Shown here: positions 32,451 to 38,089 of the stretch, piece after piece
How the letters are laid out: each line of letters starts with the position of its first letter
Position numbering within the stretch: position 1 is the first letter of the stretch
Origin: a virus
Lineage: Duplodnaviria; Caudoviricetes
DNA length: 38,089 bases
Virus record (IMG/VR): IMGVR_UViG_3300043036_000032
Coordinates: 1-38,089 of that record
Direction: 5' to 3' (one strand)
The notes under the pieces: generated by a model
What the model saw: only the letters and a program-made list of their open reading frames with translations
Database searches by the model: none
Told to the model about the DNA's origin: nothing
Translations under genes and position numbers: made by a program

Positions 32451-33170
32451 GTGGCACTAGGAGTTTACGGTACAACTTTACTAGCAGAGATGAACAGACT
32501 TGCTAATGGTGGCACCTATCGAACATCTGCACAAATGGTTGATATGGCACTAGCTGCTCGCCAATGGGCAGCAGCAAGAGATGTCCAGCTTACTGTTGAT
32601 GACACAGTTGGAGTTCTTAATGAGATTAAGAGCAACTTCCCATTTGTACACGCAGCAACAACTGCACCTACATCTGGTGTTTATGCACCAGGAACACTAG
32701 GAGCAGATGGTGGTTATGGAATTGGTGCAACATTAACAGCACCTTCTAATGCTCGACTTGTAGTAGATGGTCACACCATCTCAACAGGTGAGCGAGTCTT
32801 GTACTGGCAGAATACTGACCCAACAACTAACGGTGTCTACTATGTAACAGACCAAGGTTCCGCATCTACTAAGTGGGTACTTACTCGTTGCAATAGTTGT
32901 AACAACTCTATCGCAGGTCAGGTTGCCTTTGGCAAGTATGCCTTTGTTCAAACTGGCACAACATACGCTAATAAGACTTTCAAATTAGTATCTGAAGGAA
33001 CAGGTCCTAACGGATCTATTATTATAGGAACGGAAGACATCACTTTTGCGCTCACAACAGAAGTTGAATATCCTAAAGGTGACTGGCTTGACTTTAGTGG
33101 TGTATGCAATTTTATCGCTAGGACTACTGGCCTACCTGCAGCGCAGGCTCTCAGAGCGGTGTCAGCGTGA
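32451..33170 (+). CDS. virion structural protein containing a fibre-type beta module
   Basis: VHAATT...GERVLYWQNTDPTTNGVYYVT...WVLTR resembles a common head/tail-fibre module. Confidence 0.6.
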   Translation: MALGVYGTTLLAEMNRLANGGTYRTSAQMVDMALAARQWAAARDVQLTVDDTVGVLNEIKSNFPFVHAATTAPTSGVYAPGTLGADGGYGIGATLTAPSNARLVVDGHTISTGERVLYWQNTDPTTNGVYYVTDQGSASTKWVLTRCNSCNNSIAGQVAFGKYAFVQTGTTYANKTFKLVSEGTGPNGSIIIGTEDITFALTTEVEYPKGDWLDFSGVCNFIARTTGLPAAQALRAVSA

Positions 33171-33508
33171 GTGCTAAATACAACCTGGTATGTGACCAGG
33201 CAACTACATTTAACTTTCAATTTCAGATCAAGAACGACTCAACTCCTTGGAACCTAACTGGTTACACAGGCGTTATGACTGTTCGCCCATTCGTTGGTGC
33301 ATCTACTACAACTGTAGTAGCAAGTACAGCCAATGGCGCTATGGTTCTGACAGCATTAACAGGACGTATTAACGTCACACTGAGCGCAGCAACTACTGCA
33401 GCTATTGCAGCAGGTCGTTACTCATACGATCTAGTATTAGATTCTGGTTCAGAAGTTACACGAATTTTAGAAGGCAAATTTATCGTGACAGGAGCAGTGA
33501 CAACTTGA
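33167..33508 (+). CDS. small beta-sandwich structural protein (BppU-N-like)
   Basis: DQATTF...WNLTGYTG...YSYDLVL...RILEGKFIV pattern. Confidence 0.65.
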   Translation: MSAKYNLVCDQATTFNFQFQIKNDSTPWNLTGYTGVMTVRPFVGASTTTVVASTANGAMVLTALTGRINVTLSAATTAAIAAGRYSYDLVLDSGSEVTRILEGKFIVTGAVTT

Positions 33509-35004
33509 CCACAATTCTTGTTATTGAGAACATCACACCACAGGTTGGTGTAGAACTTTCGCAGGACCAAGGCCCACAAGGTACTCCAGGTGTTACTGGA
33601 CCAACAGGGCCTACTGGCCCTGCGGGAGCAACAGGACCAACAGGTGCTACAGGTACAACAGGTGTAACTGGCGCTACTGGTCCGACAGGAGTACAGGGTG
33701 TTACAGGAGATACTGGGCCGACTGGCCCGACGGGTGCCACTGGTCCTATTGGAGCCACGGGCGACACAGGACCTACAGGCGTTACGGGCGCAACGGGAGT
33801 TACAGGTTCAACTGGACCTGCAGGAGTTACAGGAAGCGTCGGACCGACTGGACCAGTTGGTGCCACGGGTCCTGTAGGTGCTACTGGATCTACTGGCCCT
33901 ATCGGTGCCACTGGTGATGTTGGGCCTACTGGCGCTACTGGACCAGTTGGAGCAACGGGACCAGTTGGAGTAACAGGAAATGTAGGACCTACGGGTCCAA
34001 TTGGCGCTACTGGACCAACAGGTGCAGCAAGCACTGTTCCAGGCCCTACGGGCGCTACAGGGGCTACAGGACCCACTGGAGCAGATGGTCAGTCCTCTAG
34101 TTTCTATGACTATTTAGCCAAGACAAGTGCTACAAGTGGCAAGCCTGGTTCGACATTCTTGCTATGGAATAACGCAACTCAGACTTCTGCTACACAAATC
34201 AACATTGACCACATTGATGATGATGGTATTGATATTGATATCTTCTTGGAACTTCTTGGCGTTGGAGATGTCCTTGTAATTCAAGACAGGGTTAACTCTG
34301 CTAACTTCCAAAAGTGGGAAGTTTCATCTGCAATTACCATTATCCCTAACGATTATGTTGAAGTACCAGTAACGCTTATTAACTCTGGCGGTACTGGAAC
34401 TACAGGCTTTGCCAATAATGCACAGATATTTTTGGCTATTGTTAGCGTAGGTATCATTGGACCTACAGGCCCTATCGGTGCTACAGGCCCTACGGGTCCT
34501 ACGGGACCTGCAGGAGCGACAGGTCCTATTGGAGCAACTGGTCCTACTGGGCCACAGGGTGCGACAGGCAACGTTGGTCCAACAGGTGCTACTGGGCCTG
34601 CTGGTGCTACTGGGCCTGCTGGTGCTACTGGACCTACTGGTGTGAATGGAGCCACTGGACCTACTGGACCAACAGGTGCTACAGGTGTGGGCAACATTGC
34701 AGGATTTAATACTCAGACTGGTACTAGCTACACATTGGTGGCAGGAGATCTCAGCGATATTGTTACTCTTTCTAACGCCTCTGCTATCACACTTACAGTG
34801 CCACCATCAGTCTTTAGCGCTAATGACCAGATACACATAGTTCAATATGGAGCAGGTCAAGTAACTTTTGCTCAAGGCGCTGGAGTTACAATCCTTTCTA
34901 ATGGAGCGGTAACAACTGCCCCTAAACTGCGAACCAACAAGTCAGCCGCCACGGTTATTTGTACAGCAAGCAATACCTTCTTAATTGTTGGAGATATAGC
35001 GTAG
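33505..35004 (+). CDS. collagen-like fibre protein
   Basis: Two long Gly-X-Thr tracts (GPTGATG) separated by a globular domain, plus a C-terminal beta domain. Confidence 0.88.
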   Translation: MTTILVIENITPQVGVELSQDQGPQGTPGVTGPTGPTGPAGATGPTGATGTTGVTGATGPTGVQGVTGDTGPTGPTGATGPIGATGDTGPTGVTGATGVTGSTGPAGVTGSVGPTGPVGATGPVGATGSTGPIGATGDVGPTGATGPVGATGPVGVTGNVGPTGPIGATGPTGAASTVPGPTGATGATGPTGADGQSSSFYDYLAKTSATSGKPGSTFLLWNNATQTSATQINIDHIDDDGIDIDIFLELLGVGDVLVIQDRVNSANFQKWEVSSAITIIPNDYVEVPVTLINSGGTGTTGFANNAQIFLAIVSVGIIGPTGPIGATGPTGPTGPAGATGPIGATGPTGPQGATGNVGPTGATGPAGATGPAGATGPTGVNGATGPTGPTGATGVGNIAGFNTQTGTSYTLVAGDLSDIVTLSNASAITLTVPPSVFSANDQIHIVQYGAGQVTFAQGAGVTILSNGAVTTAPKLRTNKSAATVICTASNTFLIVGDIA

Positions 35005-35013
35005 GATTCTCCT

Positions 35014-36075
35014 ATGAGATTCCACGTTATTAACCTGCCACATACGCAAACAACTAAAGAGTACGTCAACTGCGCTTATACCGAAAAGGTCAGGCGCTTT
35101 TGTATGATGATGAAAGGGTTAGGCCATACGGTCTATCTCTATGCTGGAGAAGATAACGAAGCTCCAGTAGATGAACTGATTACTTGTATTACTAAAGAGC
35201 AACAGCAAGAGGCTCTAGCAGGTAAGCATTTTACAGAGGCACCCTTTGATGTGAACCTTCCACACTGGCAGATCTTTAACGGTAATGCCATTAAGGAACT
35301 AGGCAAGCGTCTGGAACAAAAAGATTTTATCTGCGTTATTGGTGGCGCAAGTCAGAAGCCTATCGCAGATGCTTACCCTAACCACATAACCGTAGAGTTT
35401 GGTGTGGGTTACGGTGGGATCTTTAGTAAGTACAAGGTGTTTGAATCATACGCTTGGATGCACAGCATCTATGCAATGTTTAAGAATCCAACGACAGTAG
35501 ATGGCAACTTCTATGATGCGGTTATCCCTGGTTATTTAGAACCAGAGATGTTCCCGCTGCAAGAGAAGAAAGAAGATTATTACCTCTACGTTGGACGGAT
35601 GATAGATCGCAAAGGTCTAGTCATTGCTCAGCACGTATGTAAGGAACTAGGACTCAAGCTGATTATGGCAGGTCCTGGCAAAGACCCAAAGATCGAATAC
35701 GGTGAGTGGGTAGGACCTGTTGGTCCTGAAGAGCGAGCAAAGTTAATGGGCGGTGCTACTGCCTTGTTTGCTCCAACGCTATATATAGAACCTTTCGGTA
35801 ACGTTGTTATCGAAGCACAAACCTGTGGGACTCCAACGATTACCACAGACTGGGGTGCATTTACAGAGACTAATCCTAATGGTGTTACTGGATACCGTTG
35901 CAGAAATGCAATGGAGTTTGCAGCAGCAACAGAGTGGGTAAAGGATCTGGACCCAGTAGCAATACACAAGCGAGCAGTGTCCTTGTATTCCTTGGATGCT
36001 ATCGCACCACAGTATGAACAATACTTTGCAAGACTGCTAACTCTATGGGGAGATGGCTGGTATGAAAGGAAATAA
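35014..36075 (+). CDS. GT-B (GT4-like) glycosyltransferase
   Basis: YVGRMIDRKG and EPFGNVVIEAQTCGTP (EX7E) motifs. Confidence 0.88.
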   Translation: MRFHVINLPHTQTTKEYVNCAYTEKVRRFCMMMKGLGHTVYLYAGEDNEAPVDELITCITKEQQQEALAGKHFTEAPFDVNLPHWQIFNGNAIKELGKRLEQKDFICVIGGASQKPIADAYPNHITVEFGVGYGGIFSKYKVFESYAWMHSIYAMFKNPTTVDGNFYDAVIPGYLEPEMFPLQEKKEDYYLYVGRMIDRKGLVIAQHVCKELGLKLIMAGPGKDPKIEYGEWVGPVGPEERAKLMGGATALFAPTLYIEPFGNVVIEAQTCGTPTITTDWGAFTETNPNGVTGYRCRNAMEFAAATEWVKDLDPVAIHKRAVSLYSLDAIAPQYEQYFARLLTLWGDGWYERK

Positions 36076-36977
36076 TGCCAACACTGAACGAACTGGTGGA
36101 CGAAGTAAAGGCTAACCTACAAGGTTATGCACTACGCCAAGACCGTATCACTTATGTTGCTAACCCTGCTGGTTTAACTACTACCAGCACCGAAATCACC
36201 GTTGGCTCAGCTTCTAACCTAGCCAAAGGTATCATCGAAATTGATGATGAACTTATTTGGATTGACTCCTTTGACAAAGCCAATAGCCAGTTAAACGTTA
36301 TCCCAGGCTTTGGTCGTGGATATCAGGGAACTACCGCATCACCTCACTCACAGTATGCACCGGTGACTCTATCTCCAACCTTCCCACGTGTTAATATCAA
36401 GAAGGCTATCAACGATACGATCAACAGCTTCTATCCTAAGCTCTGGATTATCAACTCTTATACATTCACCTTTAACGCATCTCAGGTTACATACCCACTG
36501 CCTGATGATTGCGAAGGCGTACTCTTTATCTCTTGGCAGACAACAGGCTCTAGCCAGGAATGGTTACCAGTAAATCGCTGGCGCCTAGATGGTATGGCTA
36601 ATGCTGCTACCTTCAATACAAACAATACACTTAACATCTATGAGAACGTACAACCTGGTCGTACAATTCAAGTTTGGTATACAGCCACGCCAAACACACT
36701 TGACGCCAATACAGATGATTTTGCTGACGTTACTGGTTTACCAGATTCTTGTAAGGATGTTGTTGTCCTTGGCGCAGCATACAAACTACTGTCTTATCTT
36801 GACGCTGGACGAATCAATCTCTCTAGTGCTGAAGCCGATCTAAATGATTCTAAGTTACCATCAACTGCAGGTTCTTCAGCATCTCGTTACATCTTTGCCC
36901 TCTATCAACAGCGACTCAATGAAGAAGCCTTGAAGTTGGCAGACAAGTATCCAATCCGCATTCACTACACCCGATAA
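36075..36977 (+). CDS. head-tail adaptor / tail tubular protein A-like
   Basis: MPTLNELVDEV, IKKAINDTI, YPLP and DVVVLGAAYKLL pattern of podovirus adaptors. Confidence 0.6.
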   Translation: MPTLNELVDEVKANLQGYALRQDRITYVANPAGLTTTSTEITVGSASNLAKGIIEIDDELIWIDSFDKANSQLNVIPGFGRGYQGTTASPHSQYAPVTLSPTFPRVNIKKAINDTINSFYPKLWIINSYTFTFNASQVTYPLPDDCEGVLFISWQTTGSSQEWLPVNRWRLDGMANAATFNTNNTLNIYENVQPGRTIQVWYTATPNTLDANTDDFADVTGLPDSCKDVVVLGAAYKLLSYLDAGRINLSSAEADLNDSKLPSTAGSSASRYIFALYQQRLNEEALKLADKYPIRIHYTR

Positions 36978-36986
36978 GGAAAGCCA

Positions 36987-37874
36987 ATGACTCGTAAGTA
37001 TTCGTCCATCAGCGTTGAAACGACGCTGGCTACTGGAATCTCTAACAGCGCAACTACTATGACAGTTGCATCTGGTACAGGTTCTGCCCTTATGGGCGGT
37101 GTTACTCTTGCTCCAGGTAACGTAGATCAGTTTACCGTAGCCCTTGATGTTGACACACAGAATGAAGAAATTGTTTTTATCACCGCTGTATCTAGCGACA
37201 CCTTCACTATTGTTCGTGGTCGTGCAGGAACCTCTGCCATATCACACAGTGGTGGAGCAACAGTTAAGCACGTACTAACTAGCGATGACTTAACCTTCTA
37301 CACAACAGGTGTAGCCACAGCAGATGCTGCAATCCCAGAGGCAGTAGTTACTGCCAAGGCAGATCTTCTCGTTGCCAGTGCATCTGGAGTTGTAGATAAT
37401 CTTGCAGTAGGAACAGACGGACAGGTTTTGACAGCAGATGCAACACAGACTCTAGGAGTTAAGTGGGCTACAACAACTAACCAAATTCCATCACAAACTG
37501 GAAATGCTGGAGAATATCTTAAAACTGATGGAACATCAGCAACTTGGGAGCCAGCAGTAGCAACATTGAACTTAACAATAAGCGCTAAGACTGCCAACTA
37601 CACGCTAATAGCAAGTGACATTAACAAGTTGGTTACTATGAGTGATGCAGGAACCTTGACACTGACAGTTCCTAACGGAGTCTTTACAGCAGGCCAACAG
37701 ATTAACGTACAGCGCATTGGAGCAGGGGCAGTCCAGATTAGAAACGATGGAACTAGCGTCCTGACTTCAACTGGTGCTACATCTACTGCACCAGACTTAC
37801 GTGCTCAGTACAGCGCAGCAACTATTATTTGTACATCGAGTAATAACTTCACGGTTATTGGAGATCTATCCTAA
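36987..37874 (+). CDS. tail fibre-like protein
   Basis: KADLLVA...LAVGTDGQVLTAD...GVKW and IPSQTGNAGEYLKTDGTSATW fibre repeats. Confidence 0.75.
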   Translation: MTRKYSSISVETTLATGISNSATTMTVASGTGSALMGGVTLAPGNVDQFTVALDVDTQNEEIVFITAVSSDTFTIVRGRAGTSAISHSGGATVKHVLTSDDLTFYTTGVATADAAIPEAVVTAKADLLVASASGVVDNLAVGTDGQVLTADATQTLGVKWATTTNQIPSQTGNAGEYLKTDGTSATWEPAVATLNLTISAKTANYTLIASDINKLVTMSDAGTLTLTVPNGVFTAGQQINVQRIGAGAVQIRNDGTSVLTSTGATSTAPDLRAQYSAATIICTSSNNFTVIGDLS

Positions 37875-38089
37875 TGCCAATTCTTGGAATTATCGCAAGT
37901 TCAATCAGCGGAAGCAAAATTAGTACTGCTTCTTTTGAGTCTATTGCCTCTGCTACTGGAAACGGCTCATCTTCAACTATTACATTTAGTTCTATCCCTA
38001 GCACCTACAAACATTTACAAATTAGAGGTATTGCTAGAACATTAGATACAGAAAGCGATACTGCAAGATATATCAGTATGCAATTTAAT
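37874..38089 (+). CDS. tail-associated protein, 5' fragment truncated by the window end
   Basis: MPILGIIASS...FESIASATG...ITFSSIPSTYKHLQIR; TAATG coupling; open to the end of the window. Confidence 0.75.
   Translation, partial: MPILGIIASSISGSKISTASFESIASATGNGSSSTITFSSIPSTYKHLQIRGIARTLDTESDTARYISMQFN

Noticed and set aside
33480-34697. Minus-strand GPV/APV-repeat ORFs (33480-34076, 34353-34697; also 26228-26458)
   Set aside because: They are antisense shadows of Gly-Pro-Thr/Ser repeats, with no RBS or operon context.
1-38089. Stop-codon reassignment, introns/inteins or a diversity-generating retroelement
   Set aside because: Genes tile densely under the standard code, core genes are uninterrupted apart from the primase and methyltransferase splits, and no reverse transcriptase is present.

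Overview
The window is most of the genome of a lytic, podovirus-like tailed phage. It is circularly permuted, since both ends fall in the tail-gene region. The host is very likely an actinobacterium, probably a low-GC freshwater lineage. This is inferred from a WhiB regulator, an actinobacterial-type lytic transglycosylase, a Cas4-like nuclease, a split primase and leaderless promoters. Gene order: HNH endonuclease, tail nozzle-like gene, lysis cassette (1-4090); divergent promoters; a rightward replication operon with proteasome-beta-like protease, Cas4-like nuclease, WhiB, DnaB-like helicase, resolvase, split primase, Nmad1, sigma-like factor and FmdB-like protein (4461-11024); a leftward early operon of small proteins, transglycosylase and a split C5 methyltransferase (14511-11174); a non-coding control region (14520-15290); then tRNA-Arg(ACG), terminase, portal, large internal virion proteins, scaffold, capsid, small basic proteins, collagen fibre, glycosyltransferase and tail genes (15293-38089). 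I found no integrase, DNA polymerase, tape measure, reverse transcriptase or CRISPR array. The most interesting signals are non-coding: candidate sites for host cell-cycle regulators (paired GACAC WhiA-type boxes on divergent leaderless promoters, two perfect DnaA boxes, an MtrA/GlnR-type repeat, a CRP-like site) and several structured RNA candidates. The methyltransferase, apparently encoded in three overlapping reading frames, is also notable. All calls come from motif recognition by eye; no searches were run.
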